Below, piece by piece: positions 55,023-63,862 of a stretch of 64,000 nt of DNA (positions are counted from its first letter, which is position 1; every line of letters starts with the position of its first letter). The translations under genes and the position numbers were made by a program. The DNA comes from an uncultured Gammaproteobacteria bacterium (lineage in GTDB: Bacteria > Patescibacteriota > Patescibacteriia > SG8-24 > DYFX01). The notes under the pieces were generated by a model, which saw only the letters and a list, made by a program, of their open reading frames with translations, searched no databases and was not told where the DNA came from. The DNA lies in NCBI GenBank assembly GCA_964404275.1, contig CAYOJH010000002.1:19042-83041 (forward strand), read 5' to 3'.

Positions 55023-56144
55023 ATGGATATCCGCACACCCCGTTCCAGATTTTTGAGAGCGTCCGGTCTCGTTTTTTTGAACATCGCGGTCGCGCTGACG
55101 GTGCACTTCGCCTGGTCGGCCTGGCTGCCGGCGGCCGGCGCCGCGCAGAAACCGGTCGCGCCGCTTACGGACGAAGGCCGCATGATCCAGACGATCGCCA
55201 AAACGTCGCCGGCCGTCGTCTCGATCGTCGTCCAGCAGCATGGACCGAACGATGCGATCATCAACGTCGGCAGCGGTACCGGCTTTCTGGTCGACGCGAA
55301 CGGCCTGATCGCCACCAACCGCCACGTGGCCTTTCGCCGCGACGCCGTGCTGACGGTCCTCCTGAGCGACGGACGCTCGTTCCCCGCGCAGGTGGCCGAC
55401 ATCGATCCGGTCAACGATTTGGCGCTGCTCAAAATCGAGGCGTCCGGCTTGCCGACCTTGGCGCTCGAAACCGATGACAACCTGCATCTCGGCCAGACCA
55501 CGATCGCGATCGGCAACGCGCTCGGCAAATACGCCAACACCGTCACGCACGGCATCCTTTCGGGCGTCGATCGCAACATCGATGCCGCCAACAACGTGAC
55601 GGGCGCGACCGAACAGCTGGAAGAATTGCTGCAGACCGACGCCGCCATCAACGAAGGCAACTCCGGCGGCCCGCTCCTGAACCTGGGCGGCAAGGTCATC
55701 GGCATGAACACGGCGGTCGAGACGGACGCGCAGGGCCTCGGCTTCGCGATTCCGGCTTCCGAAATTCGCAAAGTCGTCGATTCCTACCATATGTACGGAG
55801 CGATCGCGCGTCCGCGCCTCGGCGTCCGCTATTTCATGATCACGCCCGACCTGCAGATCGAAAAGAAGCTTCCGTACGGCTACGGCGCGCTGGTCGGGAC
55901 CGATACGCCGGGCGAGCCCGTCGTGCTGGCCAACAGCCCCGCCGCCGCGGCCGGCCTCATGGACGGCGACATCATCCTCGAGATCAACGGCAAAAAGCTC
56001 GAAGGCAAGATGACGCTGGCTAAAGTCGTCTTGGGCTTGCATGTCGGCGACGCGATCGCGCTGAAAGTCGTGCGCGGCGGCGTGGAGCTGACGCTGACCG
56101 CCCGGCTCGACGCCCAGCCGCCGTACGTCACGGACGCGCCATGA
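55023..56144 (+). CDS. htrA: HtrA/DegP-type trypsin-like serine protease with PDZ domain
   Basis: Catalytic triad contexts (TNRHV, D...L, GNSGGPL) and a C-terminal PDZ. N-terminal TM anchor. Confidence 0.88.
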   Translation: MDIRTPRSRFLRASGLVFLNIAVALTVHFAWSAWLPAAGAAQKPVAPLTDEGRMIQTIAKTSPAVVSIVVQQHGPNDAIINVGSGTGFLVDANGLIATNRHVAFRRDAVLTVLLSDGRSFPAQVADIDPVNDLALLKIEASGLPTLALETDDNLHLGQTTIAIGNALGKYANTVTHGILSGVDRNIDAANNVTGATEQLEELLQTDAAINEGNSGGPLLNLGGKVIGMNTAVETDAQGLGFAIPASEIRKVVDSYHMYGAIARPRLGVRYFMITPDLQIEKKLPYGYGALVGTDTPGEPVVLANSPAAAAGLMDGDIILEINGKKLEGKMTLAKVVLGLHVGDAIALKVVRGGVELTLTARLDAQPPYVTDAP

Positions 56145-57406
56145 TCGAACGGATCCGCCAGCTCGAACCGCTGCATGCACGCTGGAGCGCTCCGGTGCAT
56201 GTCTTCGGCTGGATCGTGATCGCCGGCACTTCGGCGCTGGCGGTCTTGTATCTCACGACGAGCGCGCCGGTTTTGGCGGACGCGCCCGCCGACTCCGCGT
56301 CGTCCACGGCGGCCGTGATCGCGGCGCCGCCGCATCGGTCGATGCCGAAAGAAGTCCGCGGCGTCTACATGAGCGCCGCCACGGCCGGATCGGCCGCCTT
56401 GCGCGCCGACGTCTTCGCCTACTTGAAACGGAATCGGATGAACGCGGTCGTGATCGACGCGAAAGACGGCAACGGCCGCTTGGCCTTCAAACCCGAACGC
56501 GCTTCGCTCGCCTCGGCCTCGCCGGACGTCGCCACCATCAAGGATCTCGACGCGCTGCTCAGCCAGGCGGGAGAGCAAGGCCTCTATCGCATCGCGCGCG
56601 TCTTCGTCTTCCAGGATCCTTCCTACGTGTCGCGCTTCCCGGCCGAGGCCATCCACAAGAAAGACGGCGGCATCTGGGCCGATAACAAAGGCGTCGTCTG
56701 GGTGAATCCCGCTTCGAAAGCCGATTGGTATTACAACGCCGAGATCGCTCGCGAGGCCTACGCGCGCGGCTTCGACGAAGTGCAATTCGATTACATCCGT
56801 TTTCCCAGCGACGGCGCGATGGACGCGATCGGCTACCCGCCGGCCGAAGCAGCCAAGCCGAAGCACGAAGTCATCCGCGATTTTTTCCGCTTCATGCATT
56901 CCCAGCTGGAAGTCAAGAGCCGGATACCGATCTCATACGATCTCTTCGGCTACACGACCTGGTACGTCGACTACGATCTCGGCATCGGACAGCTCCTGGC
57001 GGACGCGCTGCCGAACGCTTCCGCGATCTCGCCCATGGTGTACCCTTCGCACTACGCCAGGAACACCCTGGGCTACCCGAATCCCGCCGAGCATCCCTAC
57101 GAGATCATTTCCTCCAGCCTGCAAAAAGCCAACGAACAGCTCTACCGGCCGCATAACAAGGAATGCGACGACCTGATGACCGGGGTGAAAAGCGCGACGT
57201 CCGCCTTCCTGATGCCTTGCAACGCGCCGCTCGCCGAACAGCGGCCCTGGATCCAAGCCTTCGACATCGGCGCCGTCTATACGCCCGACATGATCCGCAC
57301 GCAGATCAAGGCGGTGCGCGATCAGGGCGGCACCGGTTTCCTGCTCTGGAACGCCCGGAACGTCTACCGCGACTTCGACGCCGCCTCGACCTCAACCACT
57401 CAATGA
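56141..57406 (+). CDS. Putative glycoside-hydrolase-like TIM-barrel protein (DUF4015/GHL-like), membrane anchored
   Basis: N-terminal TM, VRGVYMSA...MNAVVIDAKDGNGRLAF and FDEVQFDYIRFP resemble GH-like barrels. Family assignment is tentative. Confidence 0.45.
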   Translation: MIERIRQLEPLHARWSAPVHVFGWIVIAGTSALAVLYLTTSAPVLADAPADSASSTAAVIAAPPHRSMPKEVRGVYMSAATAGSAALRADVFAYLKRNRMNAVVIDAKDGNGRLAFKPERASLASASPDVATIKDLDALLSQAGEQGLYRIARVFVFQDPSYVSRFPAEAIHKKDGGIWADNKGVVWVNPASKADWYYNAEIAREAYARGFDEVQFDYIRFPSDGAMDAIGYPPAEAAKPKHEVIRDFFRFMHSQLEVKSRIPISYDLFGYTTWYVDYDLGIGQLLADALPNASAISPMVYPSHYARNTLGYPNPAEHPYEIISSSLQKANEQLYRPHNKECDDLMTGVKSATSAFLMPCNAPLAEQRPWIQAFDIGAVYTPDMIRTQIKAVRDQGGTGFLLWNARNVYRDFDAASTSTTQ

Positions 57407-58773
57407 AGCTCATGCGTTTCCACACCCGCCTCGCCGCCGTCTTCTTAGCCCTTTGCGCCTTCGGTCTGGCCGCCGCCGCGCGCGCCGATGATTGCGTTTC
57501 GCCGTTTTTCCAGATGGCCGACGGGCGTTGCTACGACGCGACGACGCATCTTTCGGCCGACTCGAGCGGCGAACTGTTCAAGCTGATCGACGCGCAGGGC
57601 TCGGCTTCCTCGACGCCGATCGCGGACGCGACCGCGACGCCGGCGCTCCCTCCGACGCCGACGATCGTGCTGGCCGTCCAGCGCGCGCATCAACTGCTGC
57701 AAGCCGCCATCGACGCCGACGCGAACAAGAAACCGAAAATCGTGACCAGCCAGAACGTCTGGGTGGACGTGACCTTGGCCGTCTGGAACGCCGAGACCGA
57801 CGAGATCCAGCTCGTGCAGGCCAAGAAGAACGGCATGAGCCTCAAGCTCGACCCCGCCGCGCCGGATGATTTCAAGATCACCGTCGCGAAAAACAACGGC
57901 GTCAATTCCACCTTCGCGGTGGATAGGGGCGAGCGGATCGTGGTAGCCGTGCGCTATCCGATCTTCAAGAACGTTTCGGTCTCGCGCCGCAAGCCGCGCT
58001 TCGCCTTGCATGACGTCGTCTACACGCCGTACTCCGACGCGCTGCGCACTTCCGAGATGATCGCTTGGGGCAAAGACACGGCGCATGGAGAAATTCGCGC
58101 CGCCTTCGACGCGCTCCGCGCCGCCTCCGTCCATTCGCGCGCCTTTCCGGATCAGCTTATGTCCGACGTCATCGATCCCAAGCTGGTCGAGTCGATCGCG
58201 ATCATCGAGCACGTCGGGCTCGGCGGCCTGTCGGACGGCTACGACACCGCCACGGACGCGTTCTATGTGACGCTCGGCGGCAATCAGGCTGACGCGTATC
58301 TCTACGCGCGCTCGCCGGCCGGCGCGCTCGGACTCGTGCAATTCATTCCCAGCACCTACGCGCTGATGGCCAAGCGTAAGGATCTCGGGCTGATTCCCAA
58401 TTTCGATCAGGGCATGGCCGATCCGGTCAACGCCATTAAGGCGCAGATCGGCTACCTCGACGCGATCCTGGCGGACATGCCGCTTTCGGTGAAGGATCTG
58501 TATCACGTCGACCCGACTCGCGTGGATGAATACCTCGCCGCCGCCTACAACACCGGCGACGGGCGCGTCCGCAAGACGATCGCGCAATGGGGCGACGCCT
58601 GGTCGGAGCCGCATGCGGCGGACATCAACGCGCTGGCCAAGAAAAAGGGCCGAAGGAGCCATGCCGTCAAGAAACTCAAGGCCGCGACGCTGCTTCCGGA
58701 GACCGTCATCTACGTCAAGAAACTCCGTCAGGCGCTGAATTTCCTGAATCCGCCCGCGCTGCCGCTTGCCTGA
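57403..58773 (+). CDS. Secreted protein with a C-terminal lytic transglycosylase (SLT) domain
   Basis: Signal peptide, SPAGALGLVQFIPSTY (SLT S..GA.GLMQ motif). ATGA overlap with the previous gene. Confidence 0.65.
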   Translation: MKLMRFHTRLAAVFLALCAFGLAAAARADDCVSPFFQMADGRCYDATTHLSADSSGELFKLIDAQGSASSTPIADATATPALPPTPTIVLAVQRAHQLLQAAIDADANKKPKIVTSQNVWVDVTLAVWNAETDEIQLVQAKKNGMSLKLDPAAPDDFKITVAKNNGVNSTFAVDRGERIVVAVRYPIFKNVSVSRRKPRFALHDVVYTPYSDALRTSEMIAWGKDTAHGEIRAAFDALRAASVHSRAFPDQLMSDVIDPKLVESIAIIEHVGLGGLSDGYDTATDAFYVTLGGNQADAYLYARSPAGALGLVQFIPSTYALMAKRKDLGLIPNFDQGMADPVNAIKAQIGYLDAILADMPLSVKDLYHVDPTRVDEYLAAAYNTGDGRVRKTIAQWGDAWSEPHAADINALAKKKGRRSHAVKKLKAATLLPETVIYVKKLRQALNFLNPPALPLA

Positions 58774-58776
58774 ATG

Positions 58777-58785
58777 TGCTAGAAT
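58777..58785 (+). promoter_or_regulatory. Extended -10 element TGCTAGAAT 8 nt upstream of the G8-gene ATG (leaderless transcript likely)
   Basis: TGn-TAGAAT read from the sequence. No Shine-Dalgarno. Confidence 0.35.
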
Positions 58786-58793
58786 GCGTCCAT

Positions 58794-61424
58794 ATGCGGA
58801 ATCTCCGCCTGCACGTCTTCTTCGCGCTCTTTGCCGCGCTCTTTCTCGCCGCGGGCCTGCCCCCCGAAGCCTTGGCGGAGGTGGGTTCGCTGATCAAAGG
58901 CTCGACGCCGGCCGTCTACTACATCGATGAAGGCAAGCGCTACGTCTTTCCGAACGAGAACGTCTACTTTTCCTGGTACGCGGATTTCTCGCAGGTGCGC
59001 GCGGTCACGGATGACGAACTGGCTTCGTATCCGATCGGCGGCAACGTCACCTACAAACCCGGCGCGCGACTGGTGAAGCTGCAGAGCGACCCGCGCGTCT
59101 TCGCCGTCGGCGCCGGCGGGACGCTGCGCTGGATCGCGTCCGAAGGCGCGGCCCGCGCGCTCTACGGCGACGATTGGAACAAGAAGGTCGACGATCTCCC
59201 GGACGCGTTTTTTTTCGCGTACAAAGAAGGAGAAGCGGTCGCCTCGGCCGCCGATTTCGATAAAACTTCTGAACGTGAAGAATCATCCATCGCGGACGAC
59301 CTGGCCGCCAAGACCGGCACGCCGGCTTCGCAAGATTTCGCCGCCGTCAGAAGCGGTTCTTGGAGCGACGCGGAGGTTTGGAACGGTTCACGCCCGACGG
59401 CAGGCGCGCGCGTGACGATCCCCGTTGGAACGAGCGTCGTCTACGACATGGCCGACGGCCCGACGATGAAATCAATCGACGTTTCCGGCAGCCTGTCCTT
59501 CGCGACGGATCGTTCCGCGCGGCTGGCGGCGCGCCAGATCACCGTGCGCGGCACGCTGTCGGCGGGCAGCGCCGCAGCGCCTTTGCCGGCGGACAAGCGC
59601 ATCGAGATCGCGTTGACCGGCGCGGCGGACACGGCCGTCGCCGACGACGGTTTGACGATCGACGGCGGCACGCTCGCGCTCTACGGCGCGGACGTCGGCG
59701 CCGCCTGGACGCGCTTGGCCTCGCCGGCGGAGATCGGCGCGACGAAACTCTCGCTCGAAGCGGCCGAGGCTTGGCCGGTCGGCGGGCAGATCGCGATTCT
59801 CGGCGCGACCACGGCGGAAGAAGAAGTGCGGCAGATCAAGAGCGTCGACGGCGCGACGATCACGCTCGACCGTCCGCTCGAACGCGCGCATCGTTCCGAA
59901 GACGGGCTGCGTTCCGAAGTCGCGCTGCTTTCGCGCAACATCGTGATCGACGGCGTCGGCGAGGGTCGCGGTTCCTACGCCCGTGGCATCAATCACGCCA
60001 AGATCGTCGTGCAGGACGTCGAGCTCGCTTCGCTCGGACGCAAAGGCGCGTCAGGACAATCGCCGCTGATGCTGGACGGTCTTTCGGGCGCGACGGTCGC
60101 GGGTGACGCGATCCACGACTCCGGCAATCGCTGCGTGACCTTGCGGCAGGCGACCGGCGTCACGATCCGGAATACCGTCGCCTTCCGCGCGTACGGCCAT
60201 TGCTTCGCGACCGAAGACGGTTCGGAAATCGGCAACGTCTTCGTCGACGACCTGGCCGCCGATATCCGTCCCGGCGCGCTTCCGTCCGACGCGGCGCCGG
60301 CGGCCTTCCTGCTGAAACATCCCGGCAACCGCGTCGAAGGCAATGCTGCGGTCGGCGCGACTTTCGGCTATTGGTATCTCCTGACAGATCACGCGACGAC
60401 GAACGCCGGCGTCGAACTGCATCCGCGCGAAGCCGCGCTCGGCAGTTTCGATCAGAACGTCGCCCGCGCGAACGCGAAGGTCGGCCTGTACGTCGACGAC
60501 GGCGCCGGCAAGGGCGATTTCATCCCGGCTTCCAAAGCGTCGTTTACCGGTCTGACGAGCGTCATGAACGGCGAACGCGGTTTCTGGATCCGCGGCGTGA
60601 ATCTTGAAGTCTCCGGCGCGTTCCTCGCCGAGAATTTGATCGGCGGCAGTTTCGCCGCCTTCGGCGCGACGCTCAAGGATTCGACGATCGCCGGTCGGCT
60701 TGAAGGCTCGACGGCGCCCGCCGTCAAGGCTGCCTACGGTTTCACCTTCGACGACGGTCCGGTCAGCGTCCAGAACGTGACCTTCGCGCATTTCAAAAAG
60801 GGCGCTTCCGCTTTCGGCTTCGAAGAAAAAAATGCCGAGCTGCCGGACCCGCGCAACAGCGAGAAAGGCATCATCTTGAACGACGCGGACGCCTGGCACG
60901 CCCCGAACCCCGTCACGCCTGGCGACGCCATGGCCGCGGTCCGCGATCTCGATCAAGGCGATGTCGTCGGCCCGCGCTCGGCCTTCCTCGGCGCCGATTG
61001 CAAAGCCGCCGACGGCAATGTCGAGCGCTGTCCGGGCCCGTACGCCCAGCTGGAGATCGCGCTTCGCGACGGAAAAGGGGACAAGAGCGTGACCTTCACC
61101 GAACTCGGAACGAACGCTTCGGTCACGCTCTCGCCCGGTCCGGCCTTCGACGGCCAGTATGCGTACGCGACCGTGGCCGAAGGCGGCCGGTATCGCGCGA
61201 ACGTGCTCGACGCCGCTTCGGTCGAGGCGAGCTACGACGGACTCGCCAAGCCGCTGCTCGTCCGCGTCCCCGCCGGTCTCGGCGCTTCGGTGCGTTCCGA
61301 CGGCCAGACGCTTCAAAAAACCGAACTCGCCGCGCTCGCGCCCGGCGGCTGGGCCTATGATGGCGGGTCGGCCGAGGCGGTGCTCTGGCTGAATCCCGGC
61401 GACGATTTCGAACTGACCCGCTGA
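58794..61424 (+). CDS. Large secreted G8-domain / right-handed beta-helix protein (876 aa)
   Basis: Signal peptide. G8-like segment WSDAEVWNGSRPTAGARVTIPVGTSVVYDM...IDVSGSLSFA...ITVRGTLSAG followed by beta-helix-like repeats. The N-terminus shares a repeat with 53546-54973. Confidence 0.6.
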   Translation: MRNLRLHVFFALFAALFLAAGLPPEALAEVGSLIKGSTPAVYYIDEGKRYVFPNENVYFSWYADFSQVRAVTDDELASYPIGGNVTYKPGARLVKLQSDPRVFAVGAGGTLRWIASEGAARALYGDDWNKKVDDLPDAFFFAYKEGEAVASAADFDKTSEREESSIADDLAAKTGTPASQDFAAVRSGSWSDAEVWNGSRPTAGARVTIPVGTSVVYDMADGPTMKSIDVSGSLSFATDRSARLAARQITVRGTLSAGSAAAPLPADKRIEIALTGAADTAVADDGLTIDGGTLALYGADVGAAWTRLASPAEIGATKLSLEAAEAWPVGGQIAILGATTAEEEVRQIKSVDGATITLDRPLERAHRSEDGLRSEVALLSRNIVIDGVGEGRGSYARGINHAKIVVQDVELASLGRKGASGQSPLMLDGLSGATVAGDAIHDSGNRCVTLRQATGVTIRNTVAFRAYGHCFATEDGSEIGNVFVDDLAADIRPGALPSDAAPAAFLLKHPGNRVEGNAAVGATFGYWYLLTDHATTNAGVELHPREAALGSFDQNVARANAKVGLYVDDGAGKGDFIPASKASFTGLTSVMNGERGFWIRGVNLEVSGAFLAENLIGGSFAAFGATLKDSTIAGRLEGSTAPAVKAAYGFTFDDGPVSVQNVTFAHFKKGASAFGFEEKNAELPDPRNSEKGIILNDADAWHAPNPVTPGDAMAAVRDLDQGDVVGPRSAFLGADCKAADGNVERCPGPYAQLEIALRDGKGDKSVTFTELGTNASVTLSPGPAFDGQYAYATVAEGGRYRANVLDAASVEASYDGLAKPLLVRVPAGLGASVRSDGQTLQKTELAALAPGGWAYDGGSAEAVLWLNPGDDFELTR

Positions 61425-61425
61425 T

Positions 61426-61785
61426 ATGCTCCGCATCCTTCTCCACATTCTGGTCATGCCCGCCATGCTCTGGTTGGAACGCCGAAGCGGCCCGCGCTTG
61501 CGTCCTTCACGCGCGGCGCTCGCCTGGTACGTCTTGGGCCTGCCGCTCATGGCGGTCGAGGCTTCGGTCTCCGGCCGCGACGGGATGCCGGTCTTCCTGC
61601 AGAGCGCGATCGTCGCGCTGTTCTTCCTGCCGCCGGCCTACTTCGCGTTCCGCTACGCGCGGCGGCATGGCGGCGTCTGGAAGCCGTTTCTTCTGTACCT
61701 GGCCCTGTCCTGCATCGCCGGCGTCGTCGCGGCTTTGTCCCTGGCGCATGCGCCGCTCGTGCTCGGAAGTGTTTGGAAAGCGTGA
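61426..61785 (+). CDS. Hypothetical small membrane protein
   Basis: Three or four TM helices. ATG 1 nt after the previous stop. Confidence 0.45.
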   Translation: MLRILLHILVMPAMLWLERRSGPRLRPSRAALAWYVLGLPLMAVEASVSGRDGMPVFLQSAIVALFFLPPAYFAFRYARRHGGVWKPFLLYLALSCIAGVVAALSLAHAPLVLGSVWKA

Positions 61786-61799
61786 TAGAATAAACCCAT

Positions 61800-63131
61800 A
61801 TGGCCTTGCGCTACGACTTCCTGAACATGATGCGGAATCGCGTCGGCGCGGAAGGCGTTTCGCCTGAAGAGCTGCAGGCGCTGGCGGGTCGCTTGGAAAT
61901 CGCCAGGCGCGCGCTGGCCGCTCGGAAGAAAGACGGAACGCTCGGATTTTTCGACGCGCCGAAGCGCCGCCCGAGCCGCGACGCGATGGCGAAGCTCGTG
62001 CGGGGTTTTCATAAGAGCGTCGACACGCTGGTCGTGATCGGCATCGGCGGCTCGCTGCTCGGCGCGCAAGCCGTGGCCGAAGCGCTGGCGGGACTCGAAC
62101 CGCTTCGGCGCGGCGAGCGGGCGCTCAAGCTCGTCTTCGCCGGCGACGCGACGGATCCGCGCGCGGTCCGGGACGTCGTCGAGCGCGTCGATTGGAAGCG
62201 CGCCGCGATCAACGTCATTTCGAAAAGCGGCGACACGCTCGAGCCGATGTCGGTCTTCGCGCTCCTGCGCCACGAGCTGATCCGCGCGGTCGGCCGCGAA
62301 CAGGCCGCCAAGCGCGTCGTCGCCACGACCGACGCGAAGAAAGGGACGCTGCGCGAGATCGCCGCGCGCGAAGGCTACGCGACCTTGCCGGTGCCGGACA
62401 ACGTCGGCGGACGCTATTCGGTGCTGACGGAAGTCGGCGCCTTCCCGCTCCTCGCGGCCGGCATCAACGTCGACGAGCTTTGGAAAGGCGCGGCGGCCGA
62501 AGAAGCGGCCTTTTGGAAAAACGCGCCGCTCAAGAACGCGCCGCTGACGTTCGCCGCGCTCCAATGGCTGCTCTATCGCCGCGGAAAAACGATTTCCGTC
62601 TTCATGCCGTACGCCAAGCGCCTGGCGCTCGTTGGGCAATGGTACCGTCAGCTGTGGGCCGAGAGCCTCGGCAAGAAGCAGGACCGCGGGGGAAAAAAGG
62701 CGAACGTCGGGCCGACCCCGATCGCGGCCGTCGGTCCCGCCGACCAGCATTCGCAGATCCAGCTCTACAACGAAGGCCCGGCCGACAAGATCGTGACCTT
62801 CGTCGAGATCGACGATTTCGGCATCGACGCGCGGTTGCCCGAACCGTGGCCGGACCTGGAAGGCGTTTCGTATTTTTCCGGGCACACGCTCTCCGAGATC
62901 GCGCAGATCGAGCGCCAAGCCACGGCCGAAGCCCTGGTCGAGAACCGCCGGCCGAACGGCACGCTCCATCTGCCGGACCTGTCCGGCGCGTCGCTCGGCG
63001 CGCTGCTGCAAGGCTTGATGATCGCGACGGCCGTGGCGGGCGAGCTTTTCGACGTCAACGCGTTCGACCAGCCGGGCGTCGAAACCGGCAAGCGCGCCAT
63101 GTACCGCTTGCTCGGCCGCGCCGGTTCCTGA
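61800..63131 (+). CDS. pgi: Glucose-6-phosphate isomerase (short bacterial/archaeal type)
   Basis: SIS domain VIGIGGSLLGAQAV, ISKSGDT, and C-terminal PGI motifs. Confidence 0.88.
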   Translation: MALRYDFLNMMRNRVGAEGVSPEELQALAGRLEIARRALAARKKDGTLGFFDAPKRRPSRDAMAKLVRGFHKSVDTLVVIGIGGSLLGAQAVAEALAGLEPLRRGERALKLVFAGDATDPRAVRDVVERVDWKRAAINVISKSGDTLEPMSVFALLRHELIRAVGREQAAKRVVATTDAKKGTLREIAAREGYATLPVPDNVGGRYSVLTEVGAFPLLAAGINVDELWKGAAAEEAAFWKNAPLKNAPLTFAALQWLLYRRGKTISVFMPYAKRLALVGQWYRQLWAESLGKKQDRGGKKANVGPTPIAAVGPADQHSQIQLYNEGPADKIVTFVEIDDFGIDARLPEPWPDLEGVSYFSGHTLSEIAQIERQATAEALVENRRPNGTLHLPDLSGASLGALLQGLMIATAVAGELFDVNAFDQPGVETGKRAMYRLLGRAGS

Positions 63132-63132
63132 T

Positions 63133-63324
63133 ATGGCGACGCCGAGCCTGTTCGCGCTGATGGCGCACCTGACCGTCGAGGAACGCCAAAAATTCGGCGA
63201 GCGCCGCCGCCAGATGAAAGGCCGCGACGGCGTGCGGGAGCGCTTGATCCAAGTCGCCGGGAAAATTTGGAAACTGGAGTATTGGAAGGGCAAGGAAAAA
63301 CTCGACGAGCTCGTCATCGCCTGA
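63133..63324 (+). CDS. Small hypothetical protein (63 aa)
   Basis: ATG 1 nt after the pgi stop. K/E/R-rich composition atypical of GC-driven noise. Followed by a terminator. Confidence 0.35.
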   Translation: MATPSLFALMAHLTVEERQKFGERRRQMKGRDGVRERLIQVAGKIWKLEYWKGKEKLDELVIA

Positions 63325-63331
63325 GAAAGCG

Positions 63332-63364
63332 AAAACGCCCCGAAGCATGACGGGGCGTTTTCGT
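63332..63364. terminator. Rho-independent terminator (bidirectional)
   Basis: AACGCCCC-gaagcatga-CGGGGCGTT followed by TTTCGTT. Confidence 0.65.
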
Positions 63365-63380
63365 TCACTTGATGTTTGTC

Positions 63381-63557
63381 TTATGCGCGTCCGTCGGGAG
63401 ACTGGCCGAGATCGCGCCGAAGGCGCTTGTTCTCGTCCTGCTCGTTCGGATGCGTCGGCTTTTCGCCTTTCCAGGCGCCGCGTTCCGCGCGACGATCGTC
63501 GCGGTTCTCGCGCTCGCCCTTCCAGTCGCCGCGCGGCGCGCTATTTTCGCGATCCAT
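63381..63557 (-). CDS. Small hydrophilic low-complexity protein, or 3' part of a frameshifted gene
   Basis: MDRENSAPRGDWKGERENRDDRRAERGAWKGEKPTHPNEQDENKR is D/E/K/N-rich, which is unusual for out-of-frame GC-rich DNA. Confidence 0.3.
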   Translation of the reverse strand: MDRENSAPRGDWKGERENRDDRRAERGAWKGEKPTHPNEQDENKRLRRDLGQSPDGRA

Positions 63558-63741
63558 AAAAGCGACCCTGGTCGTCGCGCGCGTTTTGGGCGGCCGCCGC
63601 CTGGCCGCCGCGCGAACGGTCTTCCGGACGGAGATTGCGGGCGTTGTTCGCGCGCCCGTCGGAAGTTTTCTGCGGCTGCTGACCGTCGTTGCTCTCGTTC
63701 TTGTCTTTCTGGTCGTTGTTGTCGTTCTGCGCATCGGCCAT
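63541..63741 (-). CDS. Small hydrophilic low-complexity protein (66 aa), possibly a KGG/hydrophilin-like stress protein
   Basis: MADAQNDNNDQKDKNESNDGQQPQKTSDGRANNARNLRPEDRSRGGQAAAAQNARDDQGRF. Confidence 0.35.
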   Translation of the reverse strand: MADAQNDNNDQKDKNESNDGQQPQKTSDGRANNARNLRPEDRSRGGQAAAAQNARDDQGRFYGSRK

Positions 63742-63827
63742 AGTGCGTAAATGTTCGAGGGGAGTTACGCCTCCCGCACCATGTCAGACGCTGGGCGCGA
63801 GGCATTCTTACTTCGCTAATCTTCGCT

Positions 63828-63854
63828 AAAAAAACCGGTCGGAACCGGTTTTTT
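63828..63854 (-). terminator. Rho-independent terminator for a minus-strand gene entering from the right edge
   Basis: AAAACCGG-tcggaa-CCGGTTTT flanked by A- and T-runs. Confidence 0.55.
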
Positions 63855-63862
63855 CGCGATGA

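Noticed and set aside
54648-56180. 510-aa minus-strand ORF; also the first 266 codons of ORF 53546-55771
   Set aside because: They are antisense to htrA. The real minus-strand gene starts at the ATG at 54973, which has a signal peptide.
60051-63368. 499-aa and 571-aa minus-strand ORFs
   Set aside because: They are antisense to the G8 protein and pgi respectively.
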